Of a DNA stretch of 64,000 bases, positions 44,412 through 58,351 are shown one piece after another. Made by a program: the position numbers and the translations under genes. Under the pieces are notes generated by a model. That model did not search any database. It had not been told where the DNA came from and saw nothing but the letters and a program-made list of their open reading frames with translations. The stretch lies in contig OZ024745.1 of assembly GCA_964016885.1 (NCBI GenBank), positions 53,320,001 through 53,384,000 on the forward strand, read 5' to 3'. How positions within the stretch are numbered: position 1 is the stretch's first letter; every line of letters starts with the position of its first letter. The DNA comes from Eledone cirrhosa (Eukaryota).

Positions 44412-44615
44412 GTTTCTCATTTAGGTACAAGGCCAGCAATTTGTGAGAAGAGGAAAGCCGATTAAATAGACCAAAGTGTGTGACTGGTACTTTATTTGAT
44501 TGACCCTGAAAGGATGAAATGCAGAATTTACCTCGGCAGGATTTCAAATTAGAACGCGAAAGGCGTTAACTCTATACCGTGAAGCAGGGTGTCCGACGCT
44601 CTTCCGATACTGTCA
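44412..44615 (-). mobile_element. Diverged SINE related to family A
   Basis: gtttctcatttaggtacaaggccagcaatt...ctggtactttatt...aggatgaaa...cctcggcaggattt...gtccgac. Confidence 0.8.
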
Positions 44616-45160
44616 ATCTTGGTAGAAAAGAAATAATAAAACAAGCAAACTCCTCAGATCTGAGACTTGTATATATTGCATGTCGGGTGAGAATATTACC
44701 GATTATACAACATGCTTCCTGCGGCAATGCGTGTTTCTAATTAGATCTATGTTTTAGGCCAACTTCTTTTTCATCACATTATATTCTTTTAATTGAACTC
44801 TCTTGTTTGTTTGTTTGTTTTTTGTTGTTGTTGTTTTTTTTGTTTTTTGGGGGATGGGGGTTTGTTTGTTTGTTTTTGGCATTGTTTTCTGTTTTTTCGT
44901 AATGACAACTAATTACTTATCAGAAACACTAGCTGTACTATCACACACACACACACACATACACAAACATATATATATATATCATACATACTATACATGT
45001 ATCTACTATATCTACTATATATATACAAGGTCTACCCATAAAATGTATACACACTTTAATTAGAATGCTGTTGAAGTATGTATACATTTTGGGGGGACAC
45101 ACTTTATAGTATTTTTCCGGCTCTAGAAATGCATTGCCTGATTTAAACATCTATCATCTC

Positions 45161-45338
45161 ATTGGCAGTATCGGTAGAGGGTCGGACGCCATGCTTTGCA
45201 GCAAAGAGTTATGGCCTTTTATGGTCTGAGTTCAAATCCCGCCGCGGTTAACTTTGCCTTTCATTCTTTCGGGGTTGATAAAATAAAGAAGCAGTAATGT
45301 ACTGAGTAATTGCTGGCCTTGTGCCAAAAGTAGAAACA
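45161..45338 (+). mobile_element. tRNA-derived SINE (family A)
   Basis: Near-identical to the 33536 and 60111 copies. Confidence 0.92.
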
Positions 45339-45404
45339 ATTATAGTTATCTGCATTTTGGTGACTACGTTTTCCAATTTCCTAATGCTTCAGGAGTCAAC
45401 CATG

Positions 45405-46111
45405 TAGTAGTAGTAGTATTAGTAGTAGTATTAGTAGTAGTAGTAGTAGTAGGTTTTTATGAGTATGGTGGTGAAAATAGTTGTCGTTGTAACCCTTGTG
45501 TTAGAAATAGTGATGGTGTTGGTTGTGATGAAAATGGCGGTGGTGGTGGTGATGGTGGTGGTGGTGGTGGTGGTGGTGATGGTGGTTGTAGTGGTGGTGG
45601 TGGTGGTGGTTGTGGTGGTGGTGGTGGTCGTAGTGGTGGTTGTGGTGGTGGTGGTGGTCGTGGTGGTGGTGGAGGTGGTGGTTGTGGTGGTGGTGTTCGT
45701 AGTGGTGGTGGTGGTGATGGTGGTGATGGTGGTGGTGGTGGTGGTGGTTGCGGTGGGGGTGGTCGTAGTGGTGGTGATGGTGGTTGTGGTGGTGGTGGTC
45801 GTAGTGGTGGTGATGGTGGTGGTGGTGGTGGTGGTGGTTGTGGTGATGGTGGTGGTCGTAGGGGTGGTGGTGGTGGTGGTGTTAGTGGAGGTAATTTTGT
45901 GGTTATACTGGTGATAATGGTAGTGATGTTAGTGTTAGTAGTACTTTGAGGGGTGGGGGGGCATAGTAGCTATTGGAATTGTAAGTTAGCGTGTATTTTT
46001 TTGTTCTACCATGATTACTCTAGTTACTACCACTACTGCTGCTGCTGATGTTGTTATTGTTATTTATATTGTTGTTATTGTTGTTGTTGTTGTTGGTGCT
46101 GGTGGTTCTCG

Positions 46112-46143
<32 letters not shown>

Positions 46144-49100
46144 TTGTTGTTGATGACGTCAGATCTGTTGATTTTTTAGTAGTTTTCTCTAATATTTGGT
46201 GCTACTATTGATATTTTCTCTTTGATGTTGTTGTCGTTGTTGCCGCTACTCTGTGCGTGTTATAGTCGCTGTCCTTCTTCTTTCCTCTTTGACCATCCCT
46301 AATCAAACAGATATGTGATCAAAGACTTTCCAGTCGTGACCATCCAGTCTTTTTTTTTTCTGGGGCTAATGGGCGGGGGGGGGGGGGGGTCGTTGTCAAT
46401 GTTTTAATTTCTTTCGTTGTTGGTAGTATTGATGGTAATGGTGTTGGTGGTGCTGCTGCTGCTGCTACTAGCGGTAGGCGTGGTGGTGGTGGTGGTGGTG
46501 GTGGTAGTGGTGGTTATGGCGGCGGCGGTGGTGGTGGTGGTGGTGGGAGTGGTGGTGGTGGTGGTGGTTGTCGTGGAGCTAAGGGTAGTAGTGGGGGACT
46601 ACTGGTAGGGAGAAGGACTACTGGTGGTAGTGGTGGTGGTGGTGGTGGAGCTAAGGGTAGTGGTAGGGGACTACTGGTAGGGAGAAGGACTACTGGTGGT
46701 GGTAGTGGTGGGGGACTACTGGTAGGGAGAGGGACTACTGGTGGTGGTGGAGGACTACTGGTAGGGAGAAGGACTACTGGTGGTGGTAGTGGTGGGGGAC
46801 TACTAGTAGGGAGAAGGACTACTGGTGGTGGTAGTGGTGGGGGACTACTGGTAGGGAGAAGGACTACTGGTGGTGGTAGTGGTGGGGGACTACTGGTAGG
46901 GAGAAGGACTACTGGTGGTGGTGGGGGACTACTGGTAGGGAGAAGGACTACTGGTGGTGGTAGGGGACTACTGGTAGGGAGAAGGACTACTGGTGGTGGT
47001 AGGGGACTACTGGTAGGGAGAAGGACTACTGGTGGTGGTAGTGGTGGGGGGACTACTGGTAGGGAGAAGGACTACTGGTGGTGGTAGTGGTGGGGGGACT
47101 ACTGGTAGGGAGAAGGACTACTGGTGGTGGTAGTGGTGGGGGACTACTGGTAGGGAGAAGGACTACTGGTGGTGGTAGGGGACTACTGGTAGGGAGAAGG
47201 ACTACTGGTGGTGGTAGTGGTGGGGGGACTACTGGTAGGGAGAAGGACTACTGGTGGTGGTGGTGGTAGGGGACTACTGGTAGGGAGAAGGACTACTGGT
47301 GGTGGTAGTGGTGGGGGACTACTGGTAGGGAGAAGGACTACTGGTGGTGGTAGTGGTGGGGGACTACTGGTAGGGAGAAGGACTACTGGTGGTGGTAGTG
47401 GTGGGGGACTACTGGTAGGGAGAAGGACTACTGGTGGTGGTAGTGGTGGGGGACTACTGGTAGGGAGAAGGACTACTGGTGGTGGTAGTGGTGGGGGACT
47501 ACTGGTAGGGAGAAGGACTACTGGTGGTGGTGGGGGGACTACTGGTAGGGAGAAGGACTACTGGTGGTGGTAGTGGTGGGGGACTACTGGTAGGGAGAAG
47601 GACTACTGGTGGTGGTGGGGGGACTACTGGTAGGGAGAAGGACTACTGGTGGTGGTAGTGGTGGGGGACTACTGGTAGGGAGAAGGACTACTGGTGGTGG
47701 TGGGGGACTACTGGTAGGGAGAAGGACTACTGGTGGTGGTAGTGGTGGGGGACTACTAGTAGGGAGAAGGACTACTGGTGGTGGTAGTGGTGGGGGACTA
47801 CTGGTAGGGAGAAGGACTACTGGTGGTGGTAGTGGTGGGGGACTACTAGTAGGGAGAAGGACTACTGGTGGTGGTGGGGGACTACTGGTAGGGAGAAGGA
47901 CTACTGGTGGTGGTAGTGGTGGGGGACTACTGGTAGGGAGAAGGACTACTGGTGGTGGTAGTGGTGGGGGACTACTGGTAGGGAGAAGGACTACTGGTGG
48001 TGGTAGTGGTGGGGGACTACTGGTAGGGAGAAGGACTACTGGTGGTGGTAGTGGTGGGGGACTACTGGTAGGGAGAAGGACTACTGGTGGTGGTAGTGGT
48101 GGGGGACTACTGGTAGGGAGAAGGACTACTGGTGGTGGTAGTGGTGGGGGACTACTGGTAGGGAGAAGGACTACTGGTGGTGGTAGTGGTGGGGGACTAC
48201 TGGTAGGGAGAAGGACTACTGGTGGTGGTAGTGGTGGGGGACTACTGGTAGGGAGAAGGACTACTGGTGGTGGTAGTGGTGGGGGACTACTGGTAGGGAG
48301 AAGGACTACTGGTGGTGGTAGTGGTGGGGGACTACTAGTAGGGAGAAGGACTACTGGTGGTGGTAGTGGTGGGGGACTACTGGTAGGGAGAAGGACTACT
48401 GGTGGTGGTGGGGGGACTACTGGTAGGGAGAAGGACTACTGGTGGTGGTAGTGGTGGGGGACTACTGGTAGGGAGAAGGACTACTGGTGGTGGTGGGGGA
48501 CTACTGGTAGGGAGAAGGACTACTGGTGGTGGTGGGGGACTACAGGTAGGGAGAAGGACTACTGGTGGTGGTAGTGGTGGGGGACTACTGGTAGGGAGAA
48601 GGACTACTGGTGGTGGTAGTGGTGGGGGACTACTGGTAGGGAGAAGGACTACTGGTGGTGGTAGTGGTGGGGGGACTACTGGTAGGGAGAAGGACTACTG
48701 GTGGTGGTAGTGGTGGGGGACTACTGGTAGGGAGAAGGACTACTGGTGGTGGTGGGGGACTACTGGTAGGGAGAAGGACTACTGGTGGTGGTGGTGGTGG
48801 GGGACTACTGGTAGGGAGAAGGACTACTGGTGGTGGTGGGGGACTACTGGTAGGGAGAAGGACTACTGGTAGTGGTGGGGGACTACTGGTAGAGAGAAGG
48901 ACTACTGGTGGTGGTAGTGGTGGGGGACTACTGGTAGGGAGAAGGACTACTGGTGGTGGTAGTGGTGGGGGACTACTGGTAGGGAGAAGGACTACTGGTG
49001 GTGGTAGTGGTGGGGGACTACTGGTAGGGAGAAGGACTACTGGTGGTGGTAGTGGTGGGGGACTACTGGTAGGGAGAAGGACTACTGGTGGTGGTAGTGG

Positions 49101-51970
49101 TGGGGGACTACTGGTAGGGAGAAGGACTACTGGTGGTGGTGGGGGACTACTGGTAGGGAGAAGGACCACTGGTGGTGGTAGTGGTGGGGGACTACTGGTA
49201 GGGAGAAGGACTACTGGTAGTGGTGGGGGACTACTGGTAGGGAGAAGGACTACTGGTGGTGGTAGTGGTGGGGGACTACTGGTAGGGAGAAGGACTACTG
49301 GTAGTGGTGGTGGTGGGGGACTACTGGTAGGGAGAAGGACTACTGGTGGTGGTAGTGGTGGGGGACTACTGGTAGGGAGAAGGACTACTGGTGGTGGTAG
49401 TGGTGGGGGACTACTGGTAGGGAGAAGGACTACTGGTGGTGGTAGTGGTGGGGGACTACTGGTAGGGAGAAGGACTACTGGTGGTGGTGGTGGTGGGGGA
49501 CTACTGGTAGGGAGAAGGACTACTGGTGGTAGTGGTGGGGGACTACTGGTAGGGAGAAGGACTACTGGTAGTGGTGGGGGACTACTGGTAGGGAGAAGGA
49601 CTACTGGTGGTGGTAGTGGTGGGGGACTACTGGTAGGGAGAAGGTCTACTGGTGGTGGTGGTGGTGGGGGACTACTGGTAGGGAGAAGGACTACTGGTGG
49701 TGGTGGGGGACTACTGGTAGGGAGAAGGACTACTGGTAGTGGTGGGGGACTACTGGTAGGGAGAAGGACTACTGGTGGTGGTAGTGGTGGGGGACTACTG
49801 GTAGGAAGAAGGACTACTGGTGGTGGTAGTGGTGGGGGACTACTGGTAGGGAGAAGGACTACTGGTGGTGGTAGTGGTGGGGGACTACTGGTAGGGAGAA
49901 GGACTACTGGTGGTGGTAGTGGTGGGGGACTACTGGTAGGGAGAAGGACTACTGGTGGTGGTGGGGGACTACTGGTAGGGAGAAGGACTACTGGTGGTGG
50001 TAGTGGTGGGGGACTACTGGTAGGGAGAAGGACTACTGGTGGTGGTAGGGGACTACTGGTAGGGAGAAGGACTACTGGTGGTGGTAGGGGACTACTGGTA
50101 GGGAGAAGGACTACTGGTGGTGGTAGGGGACTACTGGTAGGGAGAAGGACTACTGGTGGTGGTGGGGGACTACTGGTAGGGAGAAGGACTACTGGTGGTG
50201 GTAGGGGACTACTGGTAGGGAGAAGGACTACTGGTGGTGGTAGTGGTGGGGGACTACTGGTAGGGAGAAGGACTACTGGTGGTGGTGGGGGACTACTGGT
50301 AGGGAGAAGGACTACTGGTGGTGGTAGGGGACTACTGGTAGGGAGAAGGACTACTGGTGGTGGTAGTGGTGGGGGACTACTGGTAGGGAGAAGGACTACT
50401 GGTGGTGGTAGTGGTGGGGGACTACTGGTAGGGAGAAGGACTACTGGTGGTGGTAGTGGTGGGGGACTACTGGTAGGGAGAAGGACTACTGGTGGTGGTA
50501 GTGGTGGTAGTGGTAGTGGTGGAGCTAAGGGTAGTGGTGGGGGACTACTGGTAGGGAGAAGGACTACTGGTGGTGGTGGTGGGGGTGTAGTGGTGGTCGT
50601 GGTCGTAGTGGTGGTGGTAGTGGTGGTGGTCGTGGTGGTGGTGGTAGTGGTAGTGGTGGTAGTGGTGGCAGTGGTGGTGGTGGTAGTGGTAGTGGTAGTG
50701 GTAGTGGTGGTAGTGGTGGATGTGGTAGTGGTGGTGGTAGTGGTAGTGGTGGTGGTGGTGGTGGTTTGTGGTGGTGGTGGCGGTGGTGGTGGCGGTGGTG
50801 GTGGCGGTGGTGGTGGTAGTGGTGGTAGTGGTGGTAGTGGTGGTGATGTTATTGGTGGGGGACTACTGGTGGTAGTGGTAGTGATAGTGGTGGTGGTGGT
50901 GGTGGTAGTGGTGGTGGTAGTGGTAGTGGTGGTGGTGGTGGTGGTGATGGTAGTGGTGGGGGACTACTGGTGGTGGTGGTAGTGGTGGTGGTAGTGGTAT
51001 TGGTGGTGGTGGTGGTAGTGGTGGTGTAGGTGGTGGTAGTGGTGGCAGTAGTAGTGGTAGTGGTAGTGGTGGTGATAGTGGTAGTGGTGGTGGTAGTGGT
51101 GGTGGTAGTGGTGGTGGTAGTGGTGGTAGTGGTAGTGATAGTGGTGGTAGTGGTAGTGGTGGGATGCGGGTAAAGGTGTTTCTCATGTTTGTGATGATGT
51201 TATTGTTATTGGTGGTGCTGGCGTTGATTATGTTGTTGTTCATAATGACTTCAATGTTGACGGTTATTTCTGTTGTGTGGTGATAGTGATGATGATGATG
51301 ATGATGATGATGGCGTTAATCAAATAAGTGATGCTGCTATTGTTGTTGTTGGTGGTAGTGGTGGTCGTCGTGGTGGTGGTAGTGGTGGTCGGCGCTGTCG
51401 TCATTGTCATGCTGGTGGTGGTGGTGGTGGTACTGGTGGTGGTGGCGGTGGTGGTGGTGGTGGTGTTGGTGGTGTTGTTGTTGGTGGTGGTTGTGGTGGT
51501 GCTGGTGGTGTTGGTGGTGCTGGTGGTGGTGGTGGTGGTGGTGGTGTTGGTGGTGGTGGCGGGGTGGGGCTGGTAGTGGTGGAAGTGGTGGCGGTGGTGC
51601 TGGTGGTGCTGGTGGTGGCGGGGGTGGGGGTGGTAGTGGTGGTTCTGGTGGTGGCGGTCGTTGTCGTCATTGTCATGCTGTTGGTGGTGGTGGTGGTGGA
51701 GGTGGCGGTGGTGGTGGTGGTGGCGGTCGTTGTCGTCATTGTCATGCTGCTGGTGGTGGCGGTGGTGGTGGTGGTGGTGTTGATGTTAGTGGTGGTGGTG
51801 ATGGTGGTAGTGGTGGCGGTTGTGGTGGTGGTGGTGGTTGTGGTGGTGGCGGTCGTTGTCATCATTGTCATGCTGCTGCTGCTGCTGCTGCTGTTGCTGG
51901 TGGTAGTGGTAGTGGTGGCGGCGGTGGTGATGGCGGTGGTTTCAGTTGTGGTGGTGTTACTGCTAGTGGT
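45405..51970. repeat. 6.5-kb G/T-rich low-complexity domain of (GGT)n/(GTA)n/(GTT)n
   Basis: Direct reading; strong G-strand asymmetry. Confidence 0.95.
46594..50585. repeat. ~4-kb minisatellite, modal unit 45 bp (ggactactggtagggagaa ggactactggtggtggtagtggtggg), with shorter variants
   Basis: Direct reading; 15-aa periodic ORF GLLVGRRTTGGGSGG. Confidence 0.97.
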
Positions 51971-51979
51971 AGTAATAAT

Positions 51980-52162
51980 TGTTTCTATTTTAGGCACAAG
52001 GCCAGCAAATAACCCAGTACATTACTGGTACTTTATTTTATCGACCCCGTAAGGATGAAAGGCAAAGTTAACCTCGGCGGGATTTGAACTCAGATCGCAA
52101 AGGGACGTAACTATGCTGGAAAGCACGGCGTCCGACCCTCTACCGATACTGCCAATTCACCG
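51980..52162 (-). mobile_element. tRNA-derived SINE (family A)
   Basis: Reverse copy; TSD agtaataat at 51971-51979 and 52163-52171. Confidence 0.92.
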
Positions 52163-52599
52163 AGTAATAATAGTATTGTTATAGTTACTACTATTAATAT
52201 AGTAGTAGTGATAAGTTTATGATGTAAGTGTAGTTTTCTTCACTAACGGTATTGTTATTGTTGTTCTAATCTTGTGGTTGTTATTGTTGCCACTGCCGTT
52301 GCAGTTGCTGTTTCCTCCCTATCCATTCCACGCATCTTTTCAATTTCCGACACGAAACATTGACTTTGAAGAATAGTTAAAGGAGACACTTTTGCTTTTT
52401 TTTTTAAACTATTTTTTATGCTTATCATATTGATTGGTATATTAGATCGATTCCAACAGATATTGAGCAACAATATTATCAGAAGAAAACCTATTGGTTG
52501 TAAAAGAATAGCAAAGCAACTCTGTTTCTGTTTGCTTTTCTCTTAATGTTGTATTTTCTTCTAGATATATGTATATTTTATTGCTTGTTTTTATCTATT

Positions 52600-52650
<51 letters not shown>

Positions 52651-52761
52651 TTAGAAATAGCTACAAAACGTGCTTCCGTGGAGGAACACTCTCCAAACAA
52701 TCTATGCCGGACGTGTATTTCTGAGATATACATACATACATAAATACATATATATATAAAT

Positions 52762-52806
<45 letters not shown>

Positions 52807-52826
52807 AATATATATATATATATATA

Positions 52827-52864
<38 letters not shown>

Positions 52865-52883
52865 TTATGTATATATATATATA

Positions 52884-52915
<32 letters not shown>

Positions 52916-52916
52916 C

Positions 52917-52978
<62 letters not shown>

Positions 52979-53029
52979 TTACACACACACATATTTATAT
53001 ATATATATTATAGTATATTATGTTATATT

Positions 53030-53210
53030 GATTGGCAGTATCGGTAGAGGGTCGGGCGCCATGCTTTGACGCATAGAGTTGCGAACCTTGCCATTCTGAG
53101 TTCAAATCCCGCCGAGGTTAACTTTGCCTCTCATCCTTACGGGGTCGATAAAATAAAGTACCAGTAATACACTGGGTAATTGCTGGTCTTGTGCCAAAAA
53201 AGTAGAAACA
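53030..53210 (+). mobile_element. tRNA-derived SINE (family A)
   Basis: A/B boxes and 3' gtagaaaca as in the other copies. Confidence 0.92.
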
Positions 53211-53388
53211 ATTATATTTATATATACTAATGTATATGTATTTATGTTTATATTTATATGCATGTATGTATGTTCCAAGATAGAAAGAGACTAGGATAGA
53301 CATATAGCACATTCAGTATGCATGGTGGGTAAGAGAGAATGAGATATGGTGGGAGAGCTGGATAGATAGATAGATATATAGATATGTT

Positions 53389-53532
53389 TTTTTATTAGCC
53401 ACAGGGGCACAAAGAAGATAGATAGATAGATTTCTTTATTAGCCACAGGGGCACAAAAGAAGGGGACAAATACAAAGGGGGAAGTTTACATACAATAAAA
53501 ACGTGTAAAATGTTATCACAAATGGAATTTAA

Positions 53533-53582
<50 letters not shown>

Positions 53583-54646
53583 TTCTTTTATTTGCCACTA
53601 GGGCATCAAAAGTGGGACAAGCACAAAGGGGGGAGTTTACACAAAAAGGCGTCCTCAATAAGGAGGAGGCAATAACAAAATATAAAAATAAAATAAGATA
53701 TAACAAAAAATAAAATTTTTAACAAAATCCTCAATAGAGAGGAGGCGCCTTGGGGGGGTCGCACACACCCCCGAAAAAAGTGTGCAACCCTTCTCCTCAG
53801 GAGCACAGAGAAGGGGTGCTCCCTTGGTCTTTCATCTTCCTCACCTATAGTCTGATGTAGAGTGAAGGCCCATTCACACGGGCCATTCTCGCCACTTTCA
53901 CCCATCTTTCATAGAAACGGCTGGGGTGCAGCACCTCTCTCTCCATCCTGATCCTTCTTCCGAAATGATATCGGAAGAAACGGACCAGTTGTTGGCCAGA
54001 GAGAAAGGTGCCCGACCTCAGTCCTTTCAGACGCGTCCACCATACAACCTCTTTCGCCATGGCTATTACGCACAGAAACACCGCCTCTGCTTCATCTTTG
54101 AAGGGGGGAGGCGGCTTGATCATTACAATAGACTCGGTGGTCAACCGGATCGGTCCCACCCTTGACAGCAGTTGTTCGACATAGCCCCACAGATCGGCTA
54201 CGCCCGAGCAGTGTACTAATGCGTGTGCAACGGTTTCCTCGTCGCACACGCATCTGGGACAGATCTTTTTGGCGGGGTCCCTACCCGGGCGCCCGTGTCT
54301 GTAGAGCCTTTCTCGAACGGGTAAAGCCTCTCGGTAGCACTGCCAGGCCAGGGACTTCTGGAAGTTGTCCATAGGTCCCGGGCTGAATGTCCTACCGAAC
54401 AGGCTGGCCAGTTCGTCCTCCTCCATGTCTAGGGCTTCTCCGAGGGCGTCGTCGCACCTGCTGCGTACCAGCCCTCTATAGAATGTTGCGGTGGAGTCTC
54501 CACTGATAACCGGATCCGCCTGCCAGAGGGCGGTGAGCGCCTGGGCACACTCAGTGTGCCAGGCGCCCAGATAGATAGATAGATAGATAGATATATTTCT
54601 TTATTAGCCACAGGGGCACAAAAGAAGGGGACAAATACAAAGGGGG

Positions 54647-54648
<2 letters not shown>
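53389..54648 (-). mobile_element. Stack of four co-oriented Tx1/L1-clade LINE 3' ends within a (GATA)n microsatellite
   Basis: 3' ends at ~53389-53418, 53431-53536, 53581-54570 (ORF with CPRC...ETVAHALVHC zinc knuckle) and 54596-54648, each separated by (GATA)n. Confidence 0.92.
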
Positions 54649-54713
<65 letters not shown>

Positions 54714-54920
54714 GCGTATAGAGGCTTATTGGATTGTATTTAATCCTGGCCTAAAACACGTCCATCACTCAATAGATGGTTAGCTTTCCAAATTGAAATA
54801 GTGTCGACCCGAGGGATGAATACTTATTTCATCTGTAACGTAGGAACGGGTGATGACCGCTACATAGTATCAAGCAGGATCACTGAGTATAAAATTCCAG
54901 ATACGTGAGGCCCGTTGAAC

Positions 54921-55143
54921 ATGTTTATTGTGTTACGTACATTTCATCAATGATCAGGCTTGAAACTGTCTTCGATTACGTAACCTACGTCCCTGCCTCA
55001 TCAAACGTATTAAAACAGTTGATGTCTTTGTACCCCTGAAGAGGCAGTGGTTTAAGGAGTCGGACCACGCAGTCAAATAAGGTCACGTAATTATAGACGT
55101 TTTTACCCTGATCACTAATGAAACTTGTTTAACAAAATAAACC
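54921..55143. mobile_element. Old fold-back element with head-to-head decayed hammerheads
   Basis: Minus: tacgt-TTGATGA-ggca...gtt-acgta; plus: CTGAAGA-ggca...gtc-acgta; distal arms cctgatcattgatgaaa..caataaac vs cctgatcactaatgaaa..aaataaac. Confidence 0.65.
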
Positions 55144-55174
55144 TATGTTAAACTGATATCACTCTTCTGGTCAT

Positions 55175-55232
<58 letters not shown>

Positions 55233-56337
55233 CGCGCGTGTGTGTGTGTATGTATGCATTTATGTACATGTGTATGCGTGCTTGCATTTATATGTATAAA
55301 CATATACGAAACATCATTTTATCGTTACGTGCCTTCTATTTTCATTGTTTTGCTCATTGTATATTTACGTTATATATTGTTGTTGCTTATTTTATTGCTG
55401 GTCCTGAGAGTGCAAACCTGTGATCCGTGAAAATTCCTTAACATTGGATGCGTTGTCAAATATGTCGTTCCACTTGTAAGTCGGTCTAATATGATTTGAG
55501 GAATATCTTTTTACAATTTTTATCAAATCAATTTATATTACATTTTAAGCATTGCGTATATAAATCTGTATGATTATGTATGTGGGACTTGCCATACAGC
55601 CCTCGAATTGAATCACTGTGTGATAGAAAGAAATTTCATAGATGAATAAATTCTATATTATTCTAAGGAAATCGAAGGAAAGGCTGTGTAGCTAAGACGT
55701 TCGCTCTGTGGTCAAATATTTCTGGTTTTGTCCGATAGCACGATATTTAACTATTACCTAAGCTTCAACTTAACTAATAGTGTGCAATTTGGTAGATGGC
55801 AACATTTTTTACGGTTTCGAGTTTCTACTGTGTGTTAAGCGTTAATTAATATAATTCATATTACTATAACAGCATTATTATTATATTAGATATAATTTGT
55901 ATGCATTTTTGTCTTTATTTTCTCTCTCTCTCTAGGTATATTGCCAAATATACTATGCACACATTCATATATACATCGCTATTTCAGAGCACCAATCCTA
56001 ATACTTAATTTTTGCTGGACCGGCAATCGCTCTGTATAATCAGCTCCTGATTATTACTGGAATTCTATAAGAATCTAGCTTCTATAATTTTCGGCGGAAG
56101 AGGGAAGTACGGAGCTCTTACACCGAAAAGAAGTAAGTGATATAGTCACTATTTTAAAAATGATTGCGTAAGGTCTTCAAAATATGTTTAATTAAACATA
56201 CGGTATATTGCCACATATACTATGCATACATTCATATATATATATATATCAAAGGTATATATTGAGTTAGAAATTAAAAATAGTATCTTACAATAAAATA
56301 GCTATAGGAAAGAGATTTTTCCGAACCGTATATTATA

Positions 56338-56368
<31 letters not shown>

Positions 56369-56911
56369 CGGAGGATTTATAAGTACAATTGAAAGAAAGG
56401 AAAATTCAATACATTGTGTAGCCTAAAGTTGGTGATTTTGTTGACTCAAACGTCATTTACACAGACGTTCATAGACATATAAACCTTTTGTGTCATCGAG
56501 GGTCTAAAGGTCTTTTACCTGAACGTGGAAACCGAGTAATTAGCTCTGAGTCGTCAACTATTCACCTACATGCACAAATAAACCTATACACACAGAGCCA
56601 TCCATATTCCCACATACATACACCCAATCACTTTTCCACACAACACACATATATATGTATATAAGTTCGTCAAACACACACCTATACATGTATATAAGTT
56701 CGTCATAGAAAATAATACATTTTGGTAGTTGTTCTATACTGATATACAAATATTCCCTTATTAATCACTTTGTCAAAACGAGAATGCGACATTGATTGAA
56801 ATGTCATTGCCAACCTAAAACTACCTACTATATTGTTTACCAATTGTTATACAGAATAAATAAATACATATATACATACGTTCATACGTAAATATATGTT
56901 CGACTATCTCC

Positions 56912-56960
<49 letters not shown>

Positions 56961-57205
56961 GGAGCTCAGCTGAGTAAAGGCACAAGCAGAAACTGTATGA
57001 GCTTACGGTTAATTTTTTTCTTCATAAATGTACCAAATATGCATCCTATTAAACATCGAGTACTACTTTGCTTTGCGGTCATTCTCGGCTTAGCACTGTA
57101 GAAACCCCTTATATATATGCCGATGGCAACTACTTTTTAGGTCTTTTAAGGGTCTTCATCCTATTTTATATGCTTAATAGCATTTCTGCGCTTCAGCACT
57201 TTCGT

Positions 57206-57267
<62 letters not shown>

Positions 57268-57361
57268 TGTCTGTGTAAAAGGTAAACAGTAATAACAACA
57301 CAATCCGTACAGTATATGGAAGGGATATATTAGGTTAACGCTTGATATAGCAGGAAGAGGG

Positions 57362-57397
57362 TCTTAACCTTTCGGACGCTAGTCCTTCATCAGAAGA
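57362..57397 (-). ncRNA. Minimal hammerhead ribozyme (stem III mutated)
   Basis: Reverse complement tctt-CTGATGA-a-ggac tagc gtcc-GAAA-g-GTT-aaga; decayed relatives at ~22563-22590 and ~16965-16992. Confidence 0.75.
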
Positions 57398-57627
57398 AAG
57401 AATGATAAATAAAATAGATTGAGGGACGGGCGGGATGGAATTGGAAAAAATGTCTTTAGATAAAAATAACAGGTCCATTCATGTTGACATCTCTTGCAAA
57501 ACTGTTGGTGCTGGCGTTTTGTGTATGATTTGTTTTTTAGAAAAGTGGATGATAGCGCGCGTCTACCTGAAATGGAAAAAAAAATGTTTTGTAAAAAGAG
57601 GTATACTTGAGCACGTGCGTAAGCATG

Positions 57628-57668
<41 letters not shown>

Positions 57669-57765
57669 ATAGGTCCGTACGAAGGTATATATATATAAAT
57701 ATATATATATATGTATATATATACAAATATATATATGTATATATATGTATATATACGTATATATA

Positions 57766-57854
<89 letters not shown>

Positions 57855-57855
57855 C

Positions 57856-57895
<40 letters not shown>

Positions 57896-58127
57896 ACACA
57901 CAGATACATGCGGACACACACATATATACATACATGAATGCATCCGCACCCAACTGTGAGTTAAGGGTGCCAACTTCACCGATGTTGCTCAATGAATGAC
58001 TGGGACAGACCAATTCAGTTTGAACCAGACTGAACCAGTGTCAGAGTTAAAAATACATTATGAAGAGAGAAGAAACATTTAGATATAATTAGTAATAAAA
58101 TGTATCATACCTAAACTGTTCCTAAAT

Positions 58128-58215
58128 TCCTCGACTACGTAGTTTCGTGGCATAAACAAAAACAACATATCAAAGATATAGAGTCCTTGCGAGGTCTGCC
58201 GACCTATCAAGAGGA
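58128..58215 (-). ncRNA. Decayed hammerhead with long stem-II loop
   Basis: Reverse complement tcctc-TTGATAG-gtcggca...tgccac-GAAA-ctacgta-GTC-gagga; palindromic stem III actacgtagt. Confidence 0.6.
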
Positions 58216-58351
58216 TACCTCATTTTACTAGTCTCAAGAACGCGTCTACACGACGTGAGAAAGAATCCCAAAAGGCGGAGGGGGAGATAGTCACGCGATA
58301 CAACGGTCGAGAAACAGAGCTAAGCCTCTTATAACCACGAAGAAAATATAT

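Noticed and set aside
48655-50982. 775-aa Gly-rich ORF resembling a structural protein
   Set aside because: It is the 45-bp minisatellite; neighbouring units shift frame, there is almost no synonymous variation, and no ATG start or signal peptide
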